Shown: one piece after another, positions 27,691 through 36,741 of the stretch
Numbering within the stretch: the first letter of the stretch is position 1
Layout: every line of letters begins with the position of its first letter
Assembly: GCA_016865865.1 (NCBI GenBank)
Contig: VGOC01000003.1
Location: forward strand, 24,938-88,937
Length of the DNA stretch: 64,000 nucleotides
Origin: Chloroflexota bacterium
GTDB taxonomy: Bacteria; Chloroflexota; Anaerolineae; Anaerolineales; UBA11858
Direction of reading: 5' to 3'
The notes under the pieces: generated by a model
The model's input: the letters and a program-made list of their open reading frames with translations, nothing else
The model's database searches: none
What the model was told of the DNA's origin: nothing
Translations under genes and position numbers: made by a program

Positions 27691-28719
27691 TCATCCTGAA
27701 TTGCATCCACAGGAGCGCCGTAGGATGATTTCCGTGGGCAGAAGCGTGACGTCATCAACGGGATGTCCTTCGATCAGGTTGAATAGATTTTTCGCCGCGA
27801 TTCGCCCTACTTCTGCAGTGGGAGCGCGTACAGTTGTCAATGGAGGGTTCAAAAATGCCGATAACCGGGAATCATCGAAACCTGCCACAGCAACATCTTC
27901 GGGGATGCGAATGCCGCATTCAGTCAGCGCTTCGACCACGCCGATAGCGGCATCATCATCGCCTGTAAATACAGCATCGAAATCAATAGGATCGCTTCTA
28001 TCTATGAAATCCTTCAATGAACGATAGGCGACTCCATGCAGAAATTCTCCCGTCAGCATCAACTTTGGATTGATCTCGATATCATGATCTCGAAGAGCGT
28101 TCAGATACCCTAATTTCCTCCAATAAGAGTCTTCTTGCTGAGAAGGTCCCTTCATGAATACGATCTGTCGCCGATCATGGTCTTCGATCAGGTGGCTAAC
28201 CAGCTTATAGGTGGCTGCTTTGTTTTCGACGGTAACACAGGGAATCGAAAGGGATTCAGGCGCAGTATGGTGGATAAGTACAACGGGGAAACCTTGGGAA
28301 CTCAGCTCGGCGAGATCATCATCTTTTATGCTGCCGGCAAAGATCAATAGTCCATCGGTATTGTGAGGGCCAATGGGAAGAGATATATTGGTTTGATTAT
28401 CGAGGCGGCATGTCGCCACCAAAAGGTTATACCTGTGTTCACCGACTACTGATTCGATGCCATAGAGCAGCGGGCCGAAGAAATCATTGTACATATTGGT
28501 CAACAGCAACCCGACGACCATGGTTTTGCGCGTGGCCAACTGTCTGGCGGCAGAATGGGGGACATATTTAAGTTCCGCCATGATTTGTTCCAGGCGTTCG
28601 GCTACCTCTGGGGATACAGGCGCGCTGCCATTGATATAACGACTAACCGTCGCAACCGAGACGCCGACTTCGCGAGCGACGTCACGCATTGTGATTGTGG
28701 ATGATGATTTCCTCGTCAT
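27691..28719 (-). CDS. LacI family transcriptional regulator
   Basis: HTH ITMRDVAREVGVSVATVSRYING plus a sugar-binding domain, 342 aa. Confidence 0.9.
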   Translation of the reverse strand: MTRKSSSTITMRDVAREVGVSVATVSRYINGSAPVSPEVAERLEQIMAELKYVPHSAARQLATRKTMVVGLLLTNMYNDFFGPLLYGIESVVGEHRYNLLVATCRLDNQTNISLPIGPHNTDGLLIFAGSIKDDDLAELSSQGFPVVLIHHTAPESLSIPCVTVENKAATYKLVSHLIEDHDRRQIVFMKGPSQQEDSYWRKLGYLNALRDHDIEINPKLMLTGEFLHGVAYRSLKDFIDRSDPIDFDAVFTGDDDAAIGVVEALTECGIRIPEDVAVAGFDDSRLSAFLNPPLTTVRAPTAEVGRIAAKNLFNLIEGHPVDDVTLLPTEIILRRSCGCNSG

Positions 28720-28740
28720 AAGGCTCCCTGCGGCCTGGGG

Positions 28741-28768
28741 TGTAACCGGTTACTGTAACCGGTTACAT
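28741..28768. promoter_or_regulatory. Two tandem perfect LacI-type operators TGTAACCGGTTAC-TGTAACCGGTTACA
   Basis: Two abutting copies of the perfect palindrome GTAACCGGTTAC, 22-49 nt upstream of the LacI ATG at 28719. Confidence 0.65.
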
Positions 28769-28813
28769 TATTCCATAGATTTCATACTGAGTCAATGCTG
28801 CTTGCGAAAAAAA

Positions 28814-29719
28814 TCAACCCCGTCTGTTTTTATTATTGGGTAGTGAGATGAGTATGACGCCGCCGATCACGAAGATCGCGCCCAGGATTTGCCAGAAGTC
28901 GAGGCGCTCCCCTAGGATGATATAGGCTGAGATAGAAGCAAAGATGATTTCTGCAGTGGCGCTGATCGAGGCCACGCTGGCTTGCAAACGGTGGAGGGCG
29001 ATGGTGAAGATGCCGAAACCGCCGATGGTGGGAATCAGGATCAGACCGGTGAAATATGCCAGCGCTTTCGGTTCTACGGGCCAGGGAGATGGTTTGCCGA
29101 TCTGAAAGGGGAGCAACACCAAAGCAGCGAAGGCGAAGATGTACAACATGATCGTCCATGGGCTGTAGCTGCCGATCAATTTCTTTCCGAATAGCGTGTA
29201 TGAACCATAAGCGCAGGCCCCGATTACCCCGATGGCGATGCCAGAGAATGTGACCGGTTGGCCTGCTGAGCTGATGATGCCTGAACAGAGTATGGTTCCA
29301 ATGACCGAAAGGAAAACGGCAAGAATCTTCTTGCTTGTAAGCCCTTCTTTCAAAACTAGACAGGCTACGATGGTGACGAAGATAGGGGCGTTGCTCTGCA
29401 TCACCGTAGCGATGGATGCGCCGAGCATCACCACAGTGATATTCCACAGCACATGGAAGAGACCGATGCTGATTGCGCCCATCGCCAACAACCAGGGTAG
29501 ATCGCGGCGTTTTACACTGAACAGCCTCGGGCGAAAGATTAGGATGCCAAGAAAAAGAGCAGATAATGTGCTCAGGTCGCGCCAAAATGCCAGGTTGACG
29601 GCAGGGATATTGATCTCCTGGTAGATGAGGCCAATGAGGAGGCTGGACGCCGACCAAAAGATGGTTGCCAGGATAACCAGGAGGACGCCCTGGATGCGGG
29701 TGGAGGGAGAGATTCTCAA
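28814..29719 (-). CDS. EamA/DMT-family transporter
   Basis: ORF 28814..29896 trimmed to the TTG at aa 60, which overlaps the upstream stop (TTGA). This gives a 301-aa product with ten predicted TM segments and two EamA repeats. The untrimmed ORF would overlap the neighbouring gene by 180 nt. Confidence 0.75.
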   Translation of the reverse strand: MRISPSTRIQGVLLVILATIFWSASSLLIGLIYQEINIPAVNLAFWRDLSTLSALFLGILIFRPRLFSVKRRDLPWLLAMGAISIGLFHVLWNITVVMLGASIATVMQSNAPIFVTIVACLVLKEGLTSKKILAVFLSVIGTILCSGIISSAGQPVTFSGIAIGVIGACAYGSYTLFGKKLIGSYSPWTIMLYIFAFAALVLLPFQIGKPSPWPVEPKALAYFTGLILIPTIGGFGIFTIALHRLQASVASISATAEIIFASISAYIILGERLDFWQILGAIFVIGGVILISLPNNKNRRG

Positions 29720-30504
29720 TAAATGGCGTGCTCTGGTTTCACCAACCCAATAGCGCGCAACCCGGCGATTACGCCGCCGCCGATGACCATACCAACGATG
29801 GCCCGCAACAAATTCTCGAAGGGAGCGACAGTCATCACTTCGTAGAATACTACTTCGGGATAATTGAACACGTGGTAATAGATCGCTGTCAGGCAAATAT
29901 GCGAGATGCCATAGACAGTCCAGGTGCCCAATCCCAGGCCAGCAAGAACCAGCCCCCAGTTCTTACTGTTGATCCATTTTGCGAAAAGCGTTCGAGTTGG
30001 AAGAGCAAGCAAGATGATTGCAGACCAGTCAATGAACGCAGCGGCGATCGCGACCCACAGACCTACGCCGTTGATGAAAACAGCGCGCCCAATGAAATAT
30101 AAAAGCGACAATAAAGCATACAGGCAGATCCAAAACCACCAGCCTTTTCGTTTCGCGCCGATCACCATGGTCCCAGCAGCAAATGACGCGATCAGCGAGC
30201 CCCATATGCGGAGAAGGGGGATGGGGCCGGCGGTGTGGGGAGCCAGGAAGATGCCAATCAACGCGCCAATCCCGGATGCTACCGCGCCTGCGACGGGGCC
30301 AAGTACCCAGCCAACCAGACCAAGGACGCCCTGACTCATGGGGAAGCTGCCGCCTAGGGCAATGATGACAGAAATGGGGATGAAGGATAACGCCACCACG
30401 ACAGCAGCTAATACGACGATGTATGACACGGGTGCGCCGTCTATGGTTTCGCCGCTAAGGAATTGAACTTTTCGTTCTTCGCCAATCGGTTGTTTTTCAG
30501 ACAT
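29716..30504 (-). CDS. Polytopic membrane protein of unknown function (weakly ECF S-component/BioY-like)
   Basis: ORF trimmed to MSEKQPIGEERK (GGAGGA RBS). Gly-rich helices such as GVLGLVGWVLGPVAGAVASGIGALIG. No confident family assignment. Confidence 0.5.
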   Translation of the reverse strand: MSEKQPIGEERKVQFLSGETIDGAPVSYIVVLAAVVVALSFIPISVIIALGGSFPMSQGVLGLVGWVLGPVAGAVASGIGALIGIFLAPHTAGPIPLLRIWGSLIASFAAGTMVIGAKRKGWWFWICLYALLSLLYFIGRAVFINGVGLWVAIAAAFIDWSAIILLALPTRTLFAKWINSKNWGLVLAGLGLGTWTVYGISHICLTAIYYHVFNYPEVVFYEVMTVAPFENLLRAIVGMVIGGGVIAGLRAIGLVKPEHAIY

Positions 30505-30549
30505 AATGATCCTCCGGTAATATCTCATACAAAAATTGAATTGCTTTGA

Positions 30550-30634
30550 CCCCCCTTTCATCCCCCCATTTTCGCCCAGATAGCTCCTGGTTGAGCAGCA
30601 ATCCCGTGAGCGAAAATGGGGGGACAGAGGGGGG
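30550..30634. repeat. Family G palindromic repeat (CCCCCCATTTTCGC...GCGAAAATGGGGGG)
   Basis: Related copies at 44050-44130 and a partial copy at 41331-41360. Confidence 0.75.
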
Positions 30635-30775
30635 TAGATTGATATGTGTCATTGTCAGGCTACTTATCCATTGAGCGGACTCACGAGCGGGGATTTTATC
30701 ATTTTTCCCGAGATCTGTCATTGCTTATTTTCCTGGTGGGTACGCAAACAGCGTCATTGGTGTATAATTCCCCTC

Positions 30776-33163
30776 ATGCTCAGTAGACTCCGCCGCAGCC
30801 TGATTCCAAAAACGAAGAGCCTCTGGTTGATCATCTCTGCCATTATCATCCTGGCTATATTATTCCCAATTGTGCAGACCGTTGTCCTGATAAGAGACCA
30901 GGAGGCGAATACCCCCCAGACGCCTGAAGAACACTATGAAGCTGGCCTGAAGTATCTGGATGACGAAGAATATAGTTACGCCTATTACTCTCGGTTCGCT
31001 CATTTTCAGGCGAGATTTTGAAATATGGGCTGAAAATAAGGCAAAATGCTTTCTTCATTACAAATTTGACCTTTCCAGGCCAGAGATTTCTTTCAGTAAT
31101 GCCACTGGTGTTGCTTTCCTCCAGAGCGCGATGAGGTAATACCGCCATATATGGGCATGGGCTTGAGTTTCGTGCCATATATAGGGGTATCGGAATCTTT
31201 ATAACCGCTCACAAAATGAGCGAACGGAGAGTATTATGAGTTCAATCAGGCAATCAAAGGAAATCCAGATTATCTCGAGGCATACTTCGAGCTTGGTAAG
31301 ATCTATTTGATGGCAGGGGAGCCGAGCGCTGCCAGCGCTGCTTTTTCTTTTATCGTTCAACGAGATGCTGAACACAGCGAGGCCTGGTATTATCGCGCTC
31401 TATCCTACGTCGCCATCGCAGACCTGATTACGCAGGCCCAAACGGAATCTGAGCCAGGCGCCGAAATCGCCACGATCATCGAGCCTCCTCCTTTGTTCGA
31501 TCTTACCGATATCCTGACTGTAAACATCCATGAAGAAGTACTTGATTTGGAAGAGGGGGGTTCGGAGGAAGAATTACCGGCATTGACTGGGGAGCAAGTG
31601 GATGTGAGCCAGCGAGTGGATGATCCGATATCCCAGGCGATCGATGATCTGACCCAGGCCATCGAAGTCCGCCCCGATTACGAAGAAGCCATACTCGGAC
31701 GCGCCTATCTGCTCGTTGATACTCGTAACTATTACCGGGCAATAGACGATCTCGATCGCCTGATCGAAATGGATCCGGAGAAGGTCATCGCGCTCACCTT
31801 GCGCGCCCAGGCCAGGTATGCTCTGAAGAAATACGCCGACGCGACGAAGGACCTCGACAGACTTCTGGCGCTTGGGGAAGAAAGCTTGGAGATATATTTC
31901 TACCGTGGGAGTTGTTTCTTTCATCTGGGCGAATTCGAAAAAGCTGTTGACGCCTGGACACATGCCATTGCGCTGGAGCCGAATATTACGGATATCATCT
32001 TGAACAGGGCTTATTCGTATCATATGCTCGAAGATTATGAAAACGCCCTGGCTGATTATCAGGCTGTGTTGGCCGTTGAACCCAACTCGCCTTCTATTTA
32101 CAAGGATATGGGGGATATCCATATACAGTTAGAGGAGTTCGAGCATGCTGTAGCTGATTACACCCAGGCGATCATATTGGATCCTCAGAATATCGAATTT
32201 CTCTACAATCGCGGAATGATCTATCTCGAGTTGGAAGATTACGAAGAAGCGATAGCAGATTTACAGACTGTCCTCGAGATTGACCCGGACACCCCGGGTA
32301 TTTATAACAGGTTGGGAGACGCCTATTATCTTGCTGGCGAATATCGCCAGGCGGTGTACCGCTATTTGCTTGCAATCGAACAAGATCCTAGCGATATGAT
32401 CGCCTACTATAATATCGGCAGAGCGCATGTTAGTTTAGAAAATTTCGAAACCGCCAAGGGCTATTTCGATCAGGCTATCGAGCTGAACCCCGAATTTTCC
32501 GAGGCCCTGGATGGCAGTGCAGAGATGGCGCTTCGTCTGGGCGACTACCAGACCGCGGTAGATAATTATTCGACTCTCTTGGAATTAGAACCCGATTATG
32601 GCATGGCTTATTACAATCGGGGGTTGGCCTATTATCAACTGGACGAGTTCGAGAAAGCCATTGCCGATCAATCCCGCGTCATCGAAAACGATCCGGAATT
32701 CCTGGATGCCTACTATCAGCGAGGCCTGGCTTACTTCCAACAAGACCAATTTGAGCCCGCCATCGGGGATTGGGCCTATGTGATCGAGAAATATCCAGAG
32801 TATGCCCAGGCATACTACAGCACAGGATTAGCCTATTATTTCCAGGAAGATTATCAGACCGCGATTGACTACTTCGGCCAGACCATCGAAGTTGATCCTG
32901 ATTATGGCTATGCCTACTACTTCCGCGGCAATGTGCATGCCGCTCTTCAGGATTACGATCCCGCCATCGAGGATTATACGATGGCGATCAGCCTGGATAC
33001 AGAGTTGGGGCAATCCTATTACAACCGAGGAGTGTCCTATTTCCAGAGGGGCTATCAGAGCAAAGCGCTCGAGGATTTCAAGATGGTCCTGGAAGTCAGC
33101 GAGGATGCTAAACTTCTCGAAAGTGCAGAAGAAATATTACGATCCTTTGGCATTATGCCGTAA
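30776..33163 (+). pseudogene. Membrane-anchored multi-TPR protein split by a 246-bp MITE insertion
   Basis: The N-terminal piece (MLSRLRRS..., TM anchor, first half-TPR) stops at 31021 inside the insert. The frame resumes at 31234 (YEFNQAIKGNPDYLEAYFELGKIYLMAGEPS...) and continues as about 17 TPR units to 33163. Both pieces share the same frame modulo 3. Confidence 0.8.
30986..31233. mobile_element. Non-autonomous MITE with 19-bp terminal inverted repeats and a TA target-site duplication
   Basis: TA-CTCTCGGTTCGCTCATTTT...AAAATGAGCGAACGGAGAG-TA, with one TIR mismatch. No ORF inside. It carries an internal CATATATGG-type hairpin (ATACCGCCATATATGGGCA...TGCCATATATAGGGGTAT). Confidence 0.85.
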
Positions 33164-33175
33164 TCTGATCCCAAG

Positions 33176-33275
33176 GTCAGTGGATTCGGGGCGGGATATA
33201 TGGGAGTGTGTGCTCAGCACGCACCCCCATATATCCCGCCCCGCCCCCTCTTTCTTGAGTTTTTTCAGTGAACAC
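33176..33275. repeat. Family A repeat (core plus right arm)
   Basis: GGATTCGGGGCGGGATATATGGGAGTGTGTGCTCAGCACGCACCCCCATATATCCCGCCCCGCCCCCTC...GAGTTTTTTCAGTGAACAC. Confidence 0.85.
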
Positions 33276-33313
33276 AACAATGATATGGGTGCGTTTCATT
33301 CCAGTTGAAGGTT

Positions 33314-33367
33314 CCCCGAAAAAAGGGTGCAGGGGGTGCGGAGCACCCCCTGCACCCTTTTTTCGGG
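33314..33367. repeat. Family B core-only hairpin
   Basis: CCCCGAAAAAAGGGTGCAGGGGGTGCGGAGCACCCCCTGCACCCTTTTTTCGGG, without the GTAACTGCTCAGCC arms. Confidence 0.8.
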
Positions 33368-33398
33368 ACTCTTTCATCTCGTTTGAAACACGCCCCAA

Positions 33399-33407
33399 TG
33401 ATATAAT
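33399..33407 (+). promoter_or_regulatory. Extended -10 promoter element (TGATATAAT) upstream of hsp20-lon
   Basis: TGnTATAAT at 33399-33407, about 110 nt upstream of the hsp20 ATG. The nearby TTGAAA is only 13 nt away, so it is probably not the -35. Confidence 0.4.
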
Positions 33408-33515
33408 CTCCGGCGTGAGAAATAATGAAGAAAGGATGCTAACCAATGTTAGCTTTATGCCCGATCATAAGGGGTTGTTCGATATACTGGCAGGATCTAT
33501 GAAGGGAAGGTCAAT

Positions 33516-33938
33516 ATGAAAGAGATTGACTTGAAGTCCGAATCGAAAAGCCCAGTATGGTTTACTGTATCCAACCCTGAAGTGAGGGTGGATCATTTTC
33601 ATCTGCGAATGGGCCCGCGCTCTCGGGTCTGGAGTCCCCCCACTGACGTTTTCGAGACCGAGGAGTCGGTTATCATCCGCGTCGAAGTTGCGGGTATGAA
33701 GGAAACCGGGTTCTCGATTTCGTTAGATGAACAGAGCCTGATTATTCAAGGATCCCGGCTCGATCCGCCCGAGCGGCGCGCGTATCATCAAATGGAGATC
33801 CGTTTTGGCGAGTTCATCTCACAGATCGAAATGCATTGGGTGATAGATCATAATGGAATCAAAGCAAAGTATGAAGATGGCTTCTTGCGGATTTGCTTAC
33901 CGAAAGCCAAACCTCATCAGGTCGAGATTAGGGAGTAG
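33516..33938 (+). CDS. Hsp20/alpha-crystallin family small heat-shock protein
   Basis: Alpha-crystallin domain PPTDVFETEESVIIRVEVAGM...AKYEDGFLRICLPK, 140 aa. Confidence 0.9.
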   Translation: MKEIDLKSESKSPVWFTVSNPEVRVDHFHLRMGPRSRVWSPPTDVFETEESVIIRVEVAGMKETGFSISLDEQSLIIQGSRLDPPERRAYHQMEIRFGEFISQIEMHWVIDHNGIKAKYEDGFLRICLPKAKPHQVEIRE

Positions 33939-33944
33939 CTGATT

Positions 33945-36611
33945 ATGCCTGCATCTCGTTGGAATTCTGACTTGATGGAATTGCTTTCGTGGCTCGGCGC
34001 GGAGGACTTGAAAATAGATGATTTTCTCCTGCACCCAATCGTGACTCGCGTTGGTGGAGAGGAAGATAGTCCTAAAGGGGAGATCGAAGTCCTGCAAGAG
34101 GGGGATCAAATTCCCAGCATGCTGCCGATCTTGCCGCTGCGCGGTTTGGTGGTTTACCCCGAGACAGCGGTGCCATTGACCATTGGTCAGCCTCGTTCTA
34201 TTCACCTGATTGACGATGTCGTTTCCGAAGAAAGCCGGCTGATCGGCCTGGTGGCCTCTCGCAAACCAGAGTTGGAATCCCCTGATCCCGAAAACCTATT
34301 CGAGGTAGGCACCGTCGCCATTGTGCATCGTATGTTGCGCGCCCCCGATGGCACGATCCGCCTCTTGGTGCAGGGGATTGCGCGTTTCAGACTCATCGAA
34401 TACGTTCAAATTGATCCCTACCTCAAAGCCAGGGTGGAATTGACCCCTGAGATCGAAGAGGAAGGTCTGGAAGTAGAGGCCATGGCTCGCAACGCCCGCG
34501 ACCAGTTCGAGCGCATCGCCAGTATGATCACCTCGCTGCCGCGCGAGCTGGTCGAATCGGTCTTGCTGTTGGATGATCCTCTGCAAACCGTCTATACCAT
34601 TGCTAACTTCCAGCGGATCGAACTCGAGGATGCTCAGGCGCTCCTGGAGTTGGATTCGGTCTCCCAAAAATTACAAAAACTGATCTCGATTTTAGCCCGC
34701 GAAGTCGAAGTCTTGGAACTTGGACAAAAGATACAGAAAGAAGCGCGTTCGGAGATCGAAAAAGTTCAACGTGAGTATTACTTGCGTGAACAGCTCAAGG
34801 CCATCCAGCGCGAACTTGGGGAGGGGGATGAGCAGGTCATCGAGGTGGATGAGTTTCGCGCCAAGATCGAAGCAGCCCACATGACCGAGGAAGCCGATAA
34901 GCAGGCCCGCCGGGAGGTGGATCGCATGTCGCGATTGCCCACCGCGGCGGCGGAATATGGGGTCATCCGCACCTATCTGGATTGGTTGGTCTCTCTGCCC
35001 TGGTCGGTTTCGACTCAAGACAATCTGGACATTGCCCATGCCCGTACTGTGCTGGATGAAGATCATTATGGGCTTGAAGATATCAAAGAGCGCATACTGG
35101 AATTCCTGGCTGTGCGCAAATTACGGCAGGAGCGCGTAGAAGAATTCACCGCCGAGGACAACAAGTACGATGATCGAATTCGCCGCTTACGCGAGGGTGT
35201 GATCCTGTGTTTTGCAGGACCTCCGGGTGTGGGCAAAACTTCCCTCGGGCGTTCCATCGCCCGCTCCCTGGGGCGTGAGTTCATCCGCATCTCTTTGGGC
35301 GGCGTGCGCGACGAGGCCGAAATTCGCGGTCATCGCCGCACGTATATTGGCGCATTGCCGGGGCGCATCCTGCAGGCCTTGAGGCGGGTAGAAACACACA
35401 ACCCGGTCTTCATGCTCGATGAGATAGATAAACTCTCCCAGGGCTTCCAGGGCGATCCGGCCTCAGCCCTTTTGGAAGTTCTGGACCCGGAGCAAAATGT
35501 GGAGTTTCGCGATCATTACCTGGAAGTGGCTTTCGATCTCTCGGAGGTGATGTTCATCACCACAGCCAATCGCCTGGATACCATCCCCCAGCCGTTGCTC
35601 GACCGCATGGAGACCATCCGGCTCTCCGGATACACGGAAGGCGAGAAGAAACATATCGCCAAGGGATATCTGATCCCGCGCCAGCTACGCGAGAACAGCC
35701 TGCGGGAAAGCGAGGTCCGCTTCACGGATGAGAGTCTGGACGAGATCATCCGCTATTACACCCGTGAGGCTGGCGTCCGCAATCTGGAGCGCGAGATTGG
35801 GGCGGTGTGTCGCAAGGTGGTCACGCGCATCGCCGAGGGCAAGGGGAATGGCGTCGTCGAGATCAACCCTGAGCGGATCCACGAGTACCTGGGGAGGCCA
35901 AAATTCCGCGATTTGGAAGAGATCGCCGAACGAACTTCCCTGCCCGGCGTAGCAACTGGATTGGCCTGGACCCCTACGGGCGGTGACGTGTTATTCATCG
36001 AAGCGACCCGCATGCCGGGCGGAAAGGGCTTCCAACTCACCGGGTCGTTGGGCGATGTGATGAAGGAATCTGCCAAGGCGGCGCTTTCGTTCGTGAGATC
36101 GCAGGCCAAGAAATTAGGCCTGGAGGAGAACTTCTATTCGGAGGCGGATTTCCATTTGCACATCCCGGCTGGGGCGCAGCCAAAGGATGGCCCTTCTGCC
36201 GGCATCACCATGGCTACCGCGCTGGTATCGCTGATTTCCGGGCGGCCGGTTCGTCCTGATGTGGGCATGACGGGAGAGATCACCCTCCGGGGTAAGGTGA
36301 TGCCCGTTGGCGGCGTCAAAGAAAAGGTTTTGGCTGCTCACCGGGCAGGACTCAAAAAAGTCTTACTGCCCAAGCGCAATGAAGATGATTTGGAAGACCT
36401 GCCCGAGGAAGTCCGCCAGAGGATACAATTCATCTTTCTGGATACGGTTGACGATGCGATCGAGGTTGCTTTGGAGCCTCTGCCAAAACCTAAGAAGAAA
36501 AGGCAAACCCAAAAGAATCCTGCTCCCCAAAAAGGTAAAAGAGCAGTAGATTTAGTATCAGTGGATGTAACTACTCAGCCAAACGGAGAAATTCCCGAAA
36601 AAAGGGTGTGA
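33945..36611 (+). CDS. lon: ATP-dependent Lon protease (LonA)
   Basis: LON N-domain [15 protein letters not shown], Walker [10 protein letters not shown], protease motif [16 protein letters not shown]. The last 14 codons and the stop lie inside repeat B1. Confidence 0.95.
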   Translation: MPASRWNSDLMELLSWLGAEDLKIDDFLLHPIVTRVGGEEDSPKGEIEVLQEGDQIPSMLPILPLRGLVVYPETAVPLTIGQPRSIHLIDDVVSEESRLIGLVASRKPELESPDPENLFEVGTVAIVHRMLRAPDGTIRLLVQGIARFRLIEYVQIDPYLKARVELTPEIEEEGLEVEAMARNARDQFERIASMITSLPRELVESVLLLDDPLQTVYTIANFQRIELEDAQALLELDSVSQKLQKLISILAREVEVLELGQKIQKEARSEIEKVQREYYLREQLKAIQRELGEGDEQVIEVDEFRAKIEAAHMTEEADKQARREVDRMSRLPTAAAEYGVIRTYLDWLVSLPWSVSTQDNLDIAHARTVLDEDHYGLEDIKERILEFLAVRKLRQERVEEFTAEDNKYDDRIRRLREGVILCFAGPPGVGKTSLGRSIARSLGREFIRISLGGVRDEAEIRGHRRTYIGALPGRILQALRRVETHNPVFMLDEIDKLSQGFQGDPASALLEVLDPEQNVEFRDHYLEVAFDLSEVMFITTANRLDTIPQPLLDRMETIRLSGYTEGEKKHIAKGYLIPRQLRENSLRESEVRFTDESLDEIIRYYTREAGVRNLEREIGAVCRKVVTRIAEGKGNGVVEINPERIHEYLGRPKFRDLEEIAERTSLPGVATGLAWTPTGGDVLFIEATRMPGGKGFQLTGSLGDVMKESAKAALSFVRSQAKKLGLEENFYSEADFHLHIPAGAQPKDGPSAGITMATALVSLISGRPVRPDVGMTGEITLRGKVMPVGGVKEKVLAAHRAGLKKVLLPKRNEDDLEDLPEEVRQRIQFIFLDTVDDAIEVALEPLPKPKKKRQTQKNPAPQKGKRAVDLVSVDVTTQPNGEIPEKRV

Positions 36612-36678
36612 GCAGGGGGCTACGCCCCCTGCTCACACCCTTTTTTCGGGTAAATCCGTTCGATGGCTGAGCAGTTAC
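36567..36678. repeat. Family B palindromic repeat, full copy
   Basis: GTAACTACTCAGCCAAACGGAGAAATTCCCGAAAAAAGGGTGTGAGCAGGGGGCTACGCCCCCTGCTCACACCCTTTTTTCGGGTAAATCCGTTCGATGGCTGAGCAGTTAC. Confidence 0.9.
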
Positions 36679-36741
36679 TCAGTGGATTACGAAAAAGGAA
36701 GTACTGAGCAGAGATCCTGATCCTGGTATGCGAAGTTGCGT

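Noticed and set aside
28814-29896. Full-length track ORF (360 aa) for the EamA transporter, and similar N-terminally extended track ORFs (904..2538, 13131..15200, 41372..43135, 54658..55824, 57922..58842 and others).
   Set aside because: The extensions overlap neighbouring genes or repeats, lack RBS, and add non-homologous, often Arg-rich sequence. Internal starts with Shine-Dalgarno motifs give canonical protein lengths.
30550-30634. Structured element upstream of the unknown membrane protein as a possible riboswitch.
   Set aside because: The same sequence (CCCCCCATTTTCGC...GCGAAAATGGGGGG) recurs at 44050-44130 and 41331-41360 in unrelated contexts, so it is a repeat family member and not a gene-specific leader.
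33383-33388. TTGAAA as the -35 box of the hsp20 promoter.
   Set aside because: It lies only 13 nt from the TATAAT, too close for a sigma-70 -35/-10 pair. The TG-extended -10 explains the promoter without it.
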